A DNA stretch of 64,000 nt, taken from contig OZ024743.1 of the NCBI GenBank assembly GCA_964016885.1, forward strand, positions 134,292,001-134,356,000, given 5' to 3'. The DNA is from Eledone cirrhosa. Taxonomy: Eukaryota. Shown piece by piece: positions 34,991 to 48,960 of the stretch (the stretch's first letter is position 1; every line of letters begins with the position of its first letter). The notes under the pieces were generated by a model. It was not told the DNA's origin, ran no database searches, and was given only the letters and a program-made list of their open reading frames with translations. The translations under genes and the position numbers were made by a program.

Positions 34991-37900
34991 CACCAAACAC
35001 CAAACATCAAACACCAATCACGAATCACCAAACAGCAAACAGCAAACACCAAACACCAAACACCAAACACCAAGCACCAAGCACCAAACACCAAACACCA
35101 AGCACCAAGCACCAAACACCAAATACCAAGCACCAAGCACCAAGCACCAAGCACCAAACACCAAGCACCAAGCACCAAGCACCAAACACCAAGCACCAAA
35201 TACCAAGCACCAGACACGAAGCACCAAGCACCAAATACCAAGCACCAAAAACCAAGCATCAAGCTCCAAGGACCAAACACCAAGCACCAAACACCAAACA
35301 CCAAGCACCAAGCATGAAACACCAAGCACCAAGCGCCAAACACCAAACACCAAGCACCAAGCACCAAATACCAAGCACCAAGCACCAAGCACCAAACACC
35401 AAACACCAAACACCAAACACCAAACAGCAAACAGCAAACTCCAAACACCAAACACCAAACAGCAAACACCAAACACCAAACAGCAAACACCAAACAGCAA
35501 ACAGCAAACACCAAACACCAACCAGCAAACACCAAGCACCAAACACCAAGCACCAAGCAACAAGCACCAATCACCAAGCACCAAGCACTAAACACCAAAC
35601 ATCAAGCACCAAGCACCATGGACCAAACACCAAGCATCAAGCACCAAGCACCAAACGCCAAGCACCAAGCACCAAACACCAAGCACCAAGCACCATGCAC
35701 CAAAGACCAAGCACCAAAGACCAAGCACCAAATACCAAGCACCAAGCACCAAACACCAATCACCAAGCACCAAGCACCAAACACCAAGAACCCAGCACCA
35801 ATCACTAAACACCAAACACCAAGCACCAAGCACCAAGTACCAAACTCCAAACACCAAACACCAAGCACCAAGCACCAAATCGCAAGCACCAAACACCAAG
35901 CACCAAGCACCAAACACCAAACACCAAGCACCAAGCACCATGCACCAATCACCAAACACCAAGCACCAAGCACCAAACACCCAACTCTAAGCACCAAGCA
36001 CCAAACACCAAACACCAAGCACCTAGCACCAAGCACCAAGCACCAAGCACCAAACACCAAGCACCAAGCACCAAGCCCCAAACACCAAGCACCAAACACC
36101 AAGCACCAGACACGAAGCACCAAGCACCAAATACCAAGCACCAAAAACCAAGCACCAAGCTCCAAGGACCAAACACCAAGCACCAAACACCAAACACCAA
36201 GCACCAAGCATGAAACACCAAGCACCAAGTGCCAAACACCAAACACCAAGCACCAAGCACCAAATACCAAGCACCAAGCACCAAGCACCAAGCACCAAAC
36301 ACCAAACACCAAACACCAAACACAAAACAGCAAACAGCAAACTCCAAATACCAAACACCAAACAACAAACACCAAACACCAAACAGCAAACACCAAACAG
36401 CAAACACTAAACACCAACCAGCAAACACCAAACACCAAACACCAAACAGCAAACGCCAAACAGCAAACGCCAAACACCAAACGCCAAACAGTAAGCACCA
36501 AGCACCAAACACCAAACACCAAGCACCAAGCACCAAACACCAAACACCAAGCACCAAGCACCAAACACCAAACACCAAGCACCAAGCACTAAACACCAAA
36601 CACCAAGCACCAAGCACCAAGCCCCAAACACCAAGCACCAAGCACCAAGCACCAAACACCAAGCACCAAGCACCAAACACGAACCAGCAAACACCAAACA
36701 CCAAACACCAAACAGCAAACACAAAACACCAAACACCAAATAGCAAACGCCAAAAAGCAAACGCCAAACCCCAAACGCCAAACAGCAAACGCCAAGCACC
36801 AAACACCAAACACCAAGCGCCAAGCACCAAACACCAAACACCAAGCACCAAGCACCAAACACCAAACACCAAGCACCTAGCACCAAAGAGCAAACACCAA
36901 GCCCCAAGCACCAAACACCCAACACCAAACACCAAACATCAAACACCAATCACGAATCACCAAACAGCAAACAGCAAACACCAAACACCAAACACCAAAC
37001 ACCAAGCACCAAGCACCAAACACCAAACACCAAGCACCAAGCACCAAACACCAAATACCAAGCACCAAGCACCAAGCACCAAGCACCAAACACCAAGCAC
37101 CAAGCACCAAGCACCAAACACCAAGCACCAAACACCAAGCACCAGACACGAAGCACCAAGCACCAAATACCAAGGACCAAAAACCAAGCACCAAGCTCCA
37201 AGGACCAAACACCAAGCACCAAACACCAAACACCAAGCACCAAGCATGAAACACCAAGCACCAAGCGCCAAACACCAAACACCAAGCACCAAGCACCAAA
37301 TACCAAGCACCAAGCACCAAGCACCAAGCACCAAACACCAAACACCAAACACCAAACAGCAAACAGCAAACTCCAAACACCAAACACCAAACAGCAAACA
37401 CCAAACACCAAAAAACAGCAAACACAAAACAGCAAACAGCAAACACCAAACACCAACCAGCAAACACCAAGCACCAAACACCAAGCACCAAGCAACAAGC
37501 ACCAATCACCAAGCACCAAGCACTAAACACCAAACACCAAGCACCAAGCACCATGGACCAAACACCAAGCATCAAGCACCAAGCACCAAACGCCAAGCAC
37601 CAAGCACCAAACACCAAGCACCAAGCACCATGCACCAAACACCAAGCACCAAAGACCAAGCACCAAATACCAAGCACCAAGCACCAAACACCAATCACCA
37701 AGCACCAAGCACCAAACACCAAGAACCCAGCACCAATCACTGAACACCAAACACCAAGCACCAAGCACCAAGTACCAAACTCCAAACACCAAACACCAAG
37801 CACCAAGCACCAAATCGCAAGCACCAAACACCAAGCACCAAGCACCAAACACCAAACACCAAGCACCAAGCACCATGCACCAATCACCAAACACCAAGCA

Positions 37901-40900
37901 CCAAGCACCAAAGACCAAACACTAAGCACCAAGCACCAAACACCAAACACCAAGCACCTAGCACCAAGCACCAAGCACCAAGCACCAAACACCAAGCACC
38001 AAGCACCAAGCCCCAAACACCAAGCACCAAACACCAAGCACCAGACACGAAGCACCAAGCACCAAATACCAAGCACCAAAAACCAAGCACCAAGCTCCAA
38101 GGACCAAACACCAAGCACCAAACACCAAACACCAAGCACCAAGCCTGAAACACCAAGCACCAAGCGCCAAACACCAAACACCAAGCACCAAGCACCAAAT
38201 ACCAAGCACCAAGCACCAAGCACCAAGCACCAAACACCAAACACCAAACACCAAACACCAAACAGCAAACAGCAAACTCCAAACACCAAACACCAAACAG
38301 CAAACACCAAACACCAAACAGCAAACACCAAACAGCAAACATCAAACACCAACCAGCAAACACGAAACACCAAACACCAAACAGCAAACGCCAAACATCA
38401 AACGCCAAACACCAAACGACAAACAGCAAACGCCAAACACCAAACGCCAAACAGTAAGCACCAAGCACCAAACACCAAACACCAAGCACCAAGCACCAAA
38501 CACCAAACACCAAGCCCCAAGCACCAAACACCAAACACCAAGCACCAAGCACTAAACACCAAACACCAAGCACCAAGCACCAAGCCCCAAACACCAAGCA
38601 CCAAACACCAAGCACCAAACACCAAGCACCAAACACCAAGCACCAAGCACCAAGCACCAAACACCAAGCACCAAGCACCAAACACCAACCAGCAAACACC
38701 AAACACCAAACACCAAACACCAAACACCAAACACCAAACACCAAATAGCAAACGCCAAAAAGCAAACGCCAAACCCCAAACGCCAAACAGCAAACGCCAA
38801 GCACCAAACACCAAACACCAAGCGCCAAGCACCAAACACCAAACACCAAGCACCAAGCACCAAACACCAAACACCAAGCACCAAGCACCAAAGAGCAAAC
38901 ACCAAGCCCCAAGCACCAAACACCCAACACCAAACACCAAACATCAAACACCAATCACGAATCACCAAACAGCAAACAGCAAACAGCAAACACCAAACAC
39001 CAAACACCAAACACCAAGCACCAAGCACCAAACACCAAACACCAAGCACCAAGCACCAAACACCAAATACCAAGCACCAAGCACCAAGCACCAAGCACCA
39101 AACACCAAGCACCAAGCACCAAGCACCAAACACCAAGCACCAAACACCAAGCACCAGACACGAAGCACCAAGCACCAAATACCAAGCACCAAAAACCAAG
39201 CACCAAGCTCCAAGGACCAAACACCAAGCACCAAACACCAAACACCAAGCACCAAGCATGAAACACCAAGCACCAAGCGCCAAACACCAAAAACCAAGCA
39301 CCAAGCACCAAATACCAAGCACCAAGCACCAAGCACCAAGCACCAAACACCAAACACCAAACACCAAACAGCAAACAGCAAACTCCAAACACCAAACACC
39401 AAACAGCAAACACCAAACACCAAACAGCAAACACCAAACAGCAAACAGCAAACACCAAACACCAACCAGCAAACACCAAGCACCAAACACCAAGCACCAA
39501 GCAACAAGCACCAATCACAAAGCACCAAGCACTAAACACCAAACCCCAAGCACCAAGCACCATGGACCAAACAACAAGCATCAAGCACCAAGCACCAAAC
39601 GCCAAGCACCAAGCACCAAACACCAAGCACCAAGCACCATGCACCAAACACCAAGCACCAACGACCAAGCACCAAATACCAAGCACCAAGCACCAAACAC
39701 CAATCACCAAGCACCAAGCACCAAACACCAAGAACCCAGCACCAATCACTAAACACCAAACACCAAGCACCAAGCACCAAATCCCAAGCACCAAACACCA
39801 AGCACCAAGCACCAAACACCAAACACCAAGCACCAAGCACCATGCACCAATCACCAAACACCAAGCACCAAGCACCAAACACCAAACACCAAGCACCAAG
39901 CACCAAACACCAAACACCAAGCACCTAGCACCAAGCACCAAGCACCAAGCACCAAACACCAAGCACCAAGCACCAAGCCCCAAACACCAAGGACCAAACA
40001 CCAAGCACCAGACACGAAGCACCAAGCACCAAATACCAAGCACCAAAAACCAAGCACCAAGCTCCAAGGACCAAACACCAAGCACCAAACACCAAACACC
40101 AAGCACCAAGCATGAAACACCAAGCACCAAGCGCCAAACACCAAACACCAAGCACCAAGCACCAAATACCAAGCACCAAGCACCAAGCACCAAGCACCAA
40201 ACACCAAACACCAAACACCAAACAGCAAACAGCAAACTCCAAACACCAAACACCAAACAGCAAACAGCAAACACCAAACAGCAAACAGCAAACAGCAAAC
40301 AGCAAACACCAAACACCAACCAGCAAACACCAAGCACCAAACACCAAGCACCAAGCACCAAGCACCAATCACCAAGCACCAAGCACTAAACACCAAACAC
40401 CAAGCACCAAGCACCATGGACCAAACACCAAGCATCAAGCACCAAGCACCAAACGCCAAGCACCAAGCACCAAACACCAAGCACCAAGCACCATGCACCA
40501 AACACCAAGCACCAAAGACCAAGCACCAAATACCAAGCACCAAGCACCAAACACCAATCACCAAGCACCAAGCACCAAACACCAAGAACCCAGCACCAAT
40601 CACTAAACACCAAACACCAAGCACCAAGCACCAAGTACCAAACTCCAAACACCAAACACCAAGCACCAAGCACCAAATCGCAAGCACCAAACACCAAGCA
40701 CCAAGCACCAAACACCAAACACCAAGCACCAAGCACCATGCACCAATCACCAAACACCAAGCACCAAGCACCAAACACCAAACACTAAGCACCAAGCACC
40801 AAACACCAAACACCAAGCACCTAGCACCAAGCACCAAGCACCAAGCACCAAACACCAAGCACCAAGCACCAAGCCCCAAACACCAAGCACCAAACACCAA

Positions 40901-43900
40901 GCACCAGACACGAAGCACCAAGCACCAAATACCAAGCACCAAAAACCAAGCACCAAGCTCCAAGGACCAAACACCAAGCACCAAACACCAAACACCAAGC
41001 ACCAAGCATGAAACACCAAGCACCAAGCGCCAAACACCAAACACCAAGCACCAAGCACCAAATACCAAGCACCAAGCACCAAGCACCAAGCACCAAACAC
41101 CAAACACCAAACACCAAACACAAAACAGCAAACAGCAAACTCCAAACACCAAACACCAAACAGCAAACACCAAACACCAAACAGCAAACACCAAACAGCA
41201 AACACTAAACACCAACCAGCAAACACCAAACACCAAACACCAAACAGCAAACGCCAAACAGCAAACGCCAAACACCAAACGCCAAACAGTAAGCACCAAG
41301 CACCAAACACCAAACACCAAGCACCAAGCACCAAACACCAAACACCAAGCACCAAGCACCAAACACCAAACACCAAGCACCAAGCACTAAACACCAAACA
41401 CCAAGCACCAAGCACCAAGCCCCAAACACCAAGCACCAAGCACCAAGCACCAAACACCAAGCACCAAGCACCAAACACGAACCAGCAAACACCAAACACC
41501 AAACACCAAACAGCAAACACAAAACACCAAACACCAGATAGCAAACGCCAAAAAGCAAACGCCAAACCCCAAACGCCTAACAGCAAACGCCAAGCACCAA
41601 ACACCAAACACCAAGCGCCAAGCATCAAACACCAAACACCAAGCACCAAGCACCAAACACCAAACACCAAGCACCTAGCACCAAAGAGCAAACACCAAGC
41701 CCCAAGCACCAAACACCCAACACCAAACACCAAACATCAAACACCAATCACGAATCACCAAACAGCAAACAGCAAACACCAAACACCAAACACCAAACAC
41801 CAAGCACCAAGCACCAAACACCAAACACCAAGCACCAAGCACCAAACACCAAATACCAAGCACCAAGCACCAAGCACCAAGCACCAAACACCAAGCACCA
41901 AGCACCAAGCACCAAACACCAAGCACCAAACACCAAGCACCAGACACGAAGCACCAAGCACCAAATACCAAGCACCAAAAACCAAGCACCAAGCTCCAAG
42001 GACCAAACACCAAGCACCAAACACCAAACACCAAGCACCAAGCATGAAACACCAAGCACCAAGCGCCAAACACCAAACACCAAGCACCAAGCACCAAATA
42101 CCAAGCACCAAGCACCAAGCACCAAGCACCAAACACCAAACACCAAACACCAAACAGCAAACAGCAAACTCCAAACACCAAACACCAAACAGCAAACACC
42201 AAACACCAAACAGCAAACACAAAACAGCAAACAGCAAACACCAAACACCAACCAGCAAACACCAAGCACCAAACACCAAGCACCAAGCAACAAGCACCAA
42301 TCACCAAGCACCAAGCACTAAACACCAAACACCAAGCACCAAGCACCATGGACCAAACACCAAGCATCAAGCACCAAGCACCAAACGCCAAGCACCAAGC
42401 ACCAAACACCAAGCACCAAGCACCATGCACCAAACACCAAGCACCAAAGACCAAGCACCAAATACCAAGCACCAAGCACCAAACACCAATCACCAAGCAC
42501 CAAGCACCAAACACCAAGAACCCAGCACCAATCACTAAACACCAAACACCAAGCACCAAGCACCAAGTACCAAACTCCAAACACCAAACACCAAGCACCA
42601 AGCACCAAATCGCAAGCACCAAACACCAAGCACCAAGCACCAAACACCAAACACCAAGCACCAAGCACCATGCACCAATCACCAAACACCAAGCACCAAG
42701 CACCAAAGACCAAACACTAAGCACCATCCACCAAACACCAAACACCAAGCACCTAGCACCAAGCACCAAGCACCAAGCCCCAAACACCAAGCACCAAACA
42801 CCAAGCACCAGACACGAAGCACCAAGCACCAAATACCAAGCACCAAAAACCAAGCACCAAGCTCCAAGGACCAAACACCAAGCACCAAACACCAAACACC
42901 AAGCACCAAGCCTGAAACACCAAGCACCAAGCGCCAAACACCAAACACCAAGCACCAAGCACCAAATACCAAGCACCAAGCACCAAGCACCAAGCACCAA
43001 ACACCAAACACCAAACACCAAACACCAAACAGCAAACAGCAAACTCCAAACACCAAACACCAAACAGCAAACACCAAACACCAAACAGCAAACACCAAAC
43101 AGCAAACACCAAACACCAACCAGCAAACACCAAACACCAAACACCAAACAGCAAACGCCAAACATCAAACGCCAAACACCAAACGCCAAACCACAAACGC
43201 CAAACACCAAACGCCAAACAGTAAGCACCAAGCACCAAACACCAAACACCAAGCACCAAGCACCAAACACCAAACACCAAGCACCAAGCACCAAACACCA
43301 AACACCAAGCACCAAGCACTAAACACCAAACACCAAGCACCAAGCACCAAGCCCCAAACACCAAGCACCAAACACCAAGCACCAAACACCAAGCACCAAA
43401 CGCCAAGCACCAAACACCAAGCACCAAGCACCAAGCACCAAACACCAAGCACCAAGCACCAAACACCAACCAGCAAACACCAAACACCAAACACCAAACA
43501 GCAAACACCAAACACCAAACACCAAATAGCAAACGCCAAAAAGCAAACGCCAAACCCCAAACGCCAAACAGCAAACGCCAAGCACCAAACACCAAACACC
43601 AAGCGCCAAGCACCAAACACCAAACACCAAGCACCAAGCACCAAACACCAAACACCAAGCACCAAGCACCAAAGAGCAAACACCAAGCCCCAAGCACCAA
43701 ACACCCAACACCAAACACCAAACATCAAACACCAATCACGAATCACCAAACAGCAAACAGCAAACACCAAACACCAAACACCAAACACCAAGCACCAAGC
43801 ACCAAACACCAAACACCAAGCACCAAGCACCAAACACCAAATACCAAGCACCAAGCACCAAGCACCAAGCACCAAACACCAAGCACCATGCACGAAGCAC

Positions 43901-45700
43901 CAAGCACCAAATACCAAGCACCAAGCACCAAACACCAAACACCAAACACCAAACAGCAAACAGCAAACTCCAAACACCAAGCACCAAACACCAAGCACCA
44001 AACACCAAGCACCAGACACGAAGCACCAAGCACCAAATACCAAGCACCAAAAACCAAGCACCAAGCTCCAAGCATGAAACACCAAGCACCAAGCGCCAAA
44101 CACCAAAAACCAAGCACCAAGCACCAAATACCAAGCACCAAGCACCAAGCACCAAGCACCAAACACCAAACACCAAACACCAAACAGCAAACAGCAAACT
44201 CCAAACACCAAACACCAAACAGCAAACACCAAACACCAAACAGCAAACACCAAACAGCAAACAGCAAACACCAAACACCAACCAGCAAACACCAAGCACC
44301 AAACACCAAGCACCAAGCAACAAGCACCAATCACCAAGCACCAAGCACTAAACACCAAACCCCAAGCACCAAGCACCATGGACCAAACAACAAGCATCAA
44401 GCACCAAGCACCAAACGCCAAGCACCAAGCACCAAACACCAAGCACCAAGCACCATGCACCAAACACCAAGCACCAAAGACCAAGCACCAAATACCAAGC
44501 ACCAAGCACCAAACACCAATCACCAAGCACCAAGCACCAAACACCAAGAACCCAGCACCAATCACTAAACACCAAACACCAAGCACCAAGCACCAAATCC
44601 CAAGCACCAAACACCAAGCACCAAGCACCAAACACCAAACACCAAGCACCAAGCACCATGCACCAATCACCAAACACCAAGCACCAAGCACCAAACACCA
44701 AACACCAAGCACCAAGCACCAAACACCAAACACCAAGCACCTAGCACCAAGCACCAAGCACCAAGCACCAAACACCAAGCACCAAGCACCAAGCCCCAAA
44801 CACCAAGCACCAAACACCAAGCACCAGACACGAAGCACCAAGCACCAAATACCAAGCACCAAAAACCAAGCACCAAGCTCCAAGGACCAAACACCAAGCA
44901 CCAAACACCAAACACCAAGCACCAAGCATGAAACACAAAGCACCAAGCGCCAAACACCATACACCAAGCAACAAGCACCAAATACCAAGCACCAAGCACC
45001 AAGCACCAAGCACCAAACACCAAACACCAAACACCAAACACCAAACAGCAAACAGCAAACTCCAAACACCAAACACCAAACAACAAACACCAAACACCAA
45101 ACAGCAAACACCAAACAGCAAACACCAAACACCAAACACCAACCAGCAAACACCAAACACCAAACACCAAACAGCAAACGCCAAACATCAAACGCCAGAC
45201 ACCAAACGCCAAACAGCAAACGCCAAACACCAAACGCCAAACAGCAAGCACCAAGCACCAAACACCAAACACCAAGCACCAAGCACCAAGCACCAAACAC
45301 CAAGCACCAAGCACCAAACACCAAACACCAAGCACCAAGCACTAAACACCAAACACCAAGCACCAAGCACCAAGCACCAAACACCAAGCACCAAACACCA
45401 ACCACCAAACACCAAGCACCAAGCACCAAGCACCAAGCACCAAACACCAAGCACCAAGCACCAAACACCAACCAGCAAACACCAAACACCAAACACCAAA
45501 CAGCAAACACCAAACACCAAACACCAAATAGCAAACGCCAAAAAGCAAACGCCAAGCCCCAAACGCCAAACAGCAAACGCCAAGCACCAAACACCAAACA
45601 CCAAGCGCCAAGCACCAAACACCAAACACCAAGCACCAAGCACCAAACACCAAACACCAAGCACCAAGCACCAAAGAGCAAACACCAAGCCCCAAGCACC
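34984..45700 (-). repeat. ~1.9-2.0-kb HOR units nested in a ~4.8-kb super-repeat
   Basis: Landmark CACCCAA...ATCACGAATC starts at 34984, 36916, 38921, 41714, 43702, 45704 (and 48000). The ATG of landmark CCATGGACC lies at 35618, 37553, 39562, 40416, 42348, 44378, giving triplet offsets 4798, 4795, 4816. Confidence 0.9.
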
Positions 45701-48700
45701 AAACACCCAACACCAAACACCAAACATCAAACACCAATCACGAATCACCAAACAGCAAACAGCAAACACCAAACACCAAACACCAAACACCAAGCACCAA
45801 GCACCAAACACCAAACACCAAGCACCAAGCACCAAACACCAAACACCAAGCACCAAGCACTAAACACCAAACACCAAGCAGCAAGCACCAAGCACCAAAT
45901 ACCAAGCACCAGGCACCAAACACCAAGCACCAAGCACCAGACACCAAAAACCAAGCACCGAACAACAAGCACCAAACACCAAGCACCAAGCACCAAGCAC
46001 CAGATACCAAGCACCAAGCACCAAGCACCAAACACCAAACACCAAGCACCAAGTACCACGCACCAAACACCAAACACCAAGCACCAAACACCAAGCACCA
46101 AGCACCAAGCACCAAGCATCAAGCACCAAGCACCAAGCACCAAGCACCAAACACCAAGCACCAAGCAGCAGGCACCAAGCACCAAACACCAAGCATCAAG
46201 CACCAAACAGCAAACATCAAGCACCAAACACCAAACACCAAGTACCAAGCACCAAACACCAAACACCAAGGACCAAACAGCAAACACCAAACAGCAAACA
46301 GCAAACACCAAACACCAACCAGCAAACACCAAACACCAAACACCAAACCACAAACACCAAACAGCAAACACCAAACAGCAAAGACCAAACACCAAACACC
46401 AAACAGCAAACGCCAAAAAGCAAACGCCAAACCCCAAACGCCAAACAGCAAATGCCAAACCCCAAATGCCAAACAGCAAACGCCAAGCACCAAACACCAA
46501 ACACCTAGCACCAAGCACCAAACCCCAAACACCAAACACCAAGTACAAAACACCAACCACCAAGCACCAAACACCAAACAGCAAACGCCAAAAAGCAAAT
46601 GCCAAACCCCATACGCCAAACAGGAAATGCCAAACCCCAAACGCCAAACAGCAAACGCCAAGCACCAAACACCAAGCACCAAGCACTAAACACCAAACAC
46701 CAAGCACCAAGCACCAAGCCCCAAACACCAAGCACCAAACACCAAGCACCAAACACCAAGCACCAAACGCCAAGCACCAAACACCAAGCACCAAGCACCA
46801 AGCACCAAACACCAAGCACCAAGCACCAAACACCAACCAGCAAACACCAAACACCAAACACCAAACAGCAAACACCAAACACCAAACACCAAATAGCAAA
46901 CGCCAAAAAGCAAACGCCAAACCCCAAACGCCAAACAGCAAACGCCAAGCACCAAACACCAAACACCAAGCGCCAAGCACCAAACACCAAACACCAAGCA
47001 CCAAGCACCAAGCACCAAACACCAAACACCAAGCACCTAGCACCAAGCACCAAGCACCAAGCAACAAACACCAAGCACCAAGCACCAAGCCCCAAACACC
47101 AAGCACCAAACACCAAGCACCAGACACGAAGCACCAAGCACCAAATACCAAGCACCAAAAACCAAGCACCAAGCTCCAAGGACCAAACACCAAGCACCAA
47201 ACACCAAACACCAAGCACCAAGCATGAAACACCAAGCACCAAGCGCCAAACACCATACACCAAGCACCAAGCACCAAATACCAAGCACCAAGCACCAAGC
47301 ACCAAGCACCAAACACCAAACACCAAACACCAAACACCAAACAGCAAACAGCAAACTCCAAACACCAAACACCAAACAACAAACACCAAACACCAAACAG
47401 CAAACACCAAACAGCAAACACCAAACACCAAACACCAACCAGCAAACACCAAACACCAAACACCAAACAGCAAACGCCAAACATCAAACGCCAGACACCA
47501 AACGCCAAACAGCAAACGCCAAACACCAAACGCCAAACAGCAAGCACCAAGCACCAAACACCAAACACCAAGCACCAAGCACCAAGCACCAAACACCAAG
47601 CACCAAGCACCAAACACCAAACACCAAGCACCAAGCACTAAACACCAAACACCAAGCACCAAGCACCAAGCACCAAACACCAAGCACCAAACACCAAGCA
47701 CCAAACACCAAGCACCAAGCACCAAGCACCAAGCACCAAACACCAAGCACCAAGCACCAAACACCAACCAGCAAACACCAAACACCAAACACCAAACAGC
47801 AAACACCAAACACCAAACACCAAATAGCAAACGCCAAAAAGCAAACGCCAAGCCCCAAACGCCAAACAGCAAACGCCAAGCACCAAACACCAAACACCAA
47901 GCGCCAAGCACCAAACACCAAACACCAAGCACCAAGCACCAAACACCAAACACCAAGCACCAAGCACCAAAGAGCAAACACCAAGCCCCAAGCACCAAAC
48001 ACCCAACACCAAACACCAAACATCAAACACCAATCACGAATCACCAAACAGCAAACAGCAAACACCAAACACCAAACACCAAACACCAAGCACCAAGCAC
48101 CAAACACCAAACACCAAGCACCAAGCACCAAACACCAAACACCAAGCACCAAGCACTAAACACCAAACACCAAGCAGCAAGCACCAAGCACCAAATACCA
48201 AGCACCAGGCACCAAACACCAAGCACCAAGCACCAGACACCAAAAACCAAGCACCAAACAACAAGCACCAAACACCAAGCACCAAGCACCAAGCACCAGA
48301 TACCAAGCACCAAGCACCAAGCACCAAACACCAAACACCAAGCACCAAGTACCACGCACCAAACACCAAACACCAAGCACCAAACACCAAGCACCAAGCA
48401 CCAAGCATCAAGCACCAAGCACCAAGCACCAAGTACCAAACACCAAGCACCAAGCAGCAGGCACCAAGCACCAAACACCAAGCATCAAGCACCAAACAGC
48501 AAACATCAAGCACCAAACACCAAACACCAAGTACCAAGCACCAAACACCAAACACCAAGGACCAAACAGCAAACACCAAACAGCAAACAGCAAACACCAA
48601 ACACCAACCAGCAAACACCAAACACCAAACACCAAACCACAAACACCAAACAGCAAACACCAAACAGCAAAGACCAAACACCAAACACCAAACAGCAAAC

Positions 48701-48960
48701 GCCAAAAAGCAAACGCCAAACCCCAAACGCCAAACAGCAAATGCCAAACCCCAAATGCCAAACAGCAAACGCCAAGCACCAAACACCAAACACCTAGCAC
48801 CAAGCACCAAACCCCAAACACCAAACACCAAGTACAAAACACCAACCACCAAGCACCAAACACCAAACAGCAAACGCCAAAGAGCAAATGCCAAACCCCA
48901 TACGCCAAACAGGAAATGCCAAACCCCAAACGCCAAACAGCAAACGCCAAGCACCAAACA
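44740..48960 (-). repeat. Tandem duplication, offset ~2.3 kb
   Basis: Landmark pairs 44928/47224 and 45704/48000 (offset 2296) and 46607/48896 (2289). Shared private variants AGTACCACGC, GCAGCAGGC and AACAGGAAATG. Confidence 0.9.

Noticed and set aside
32844-35591. 915-aa ORF crossing the junction, resembling a membrane domain plus hydrophilic tail
   Set aside because: It is simply read-through of the orientation switch; equivalent chimeric ORFs exist in other frames and on the other strand.
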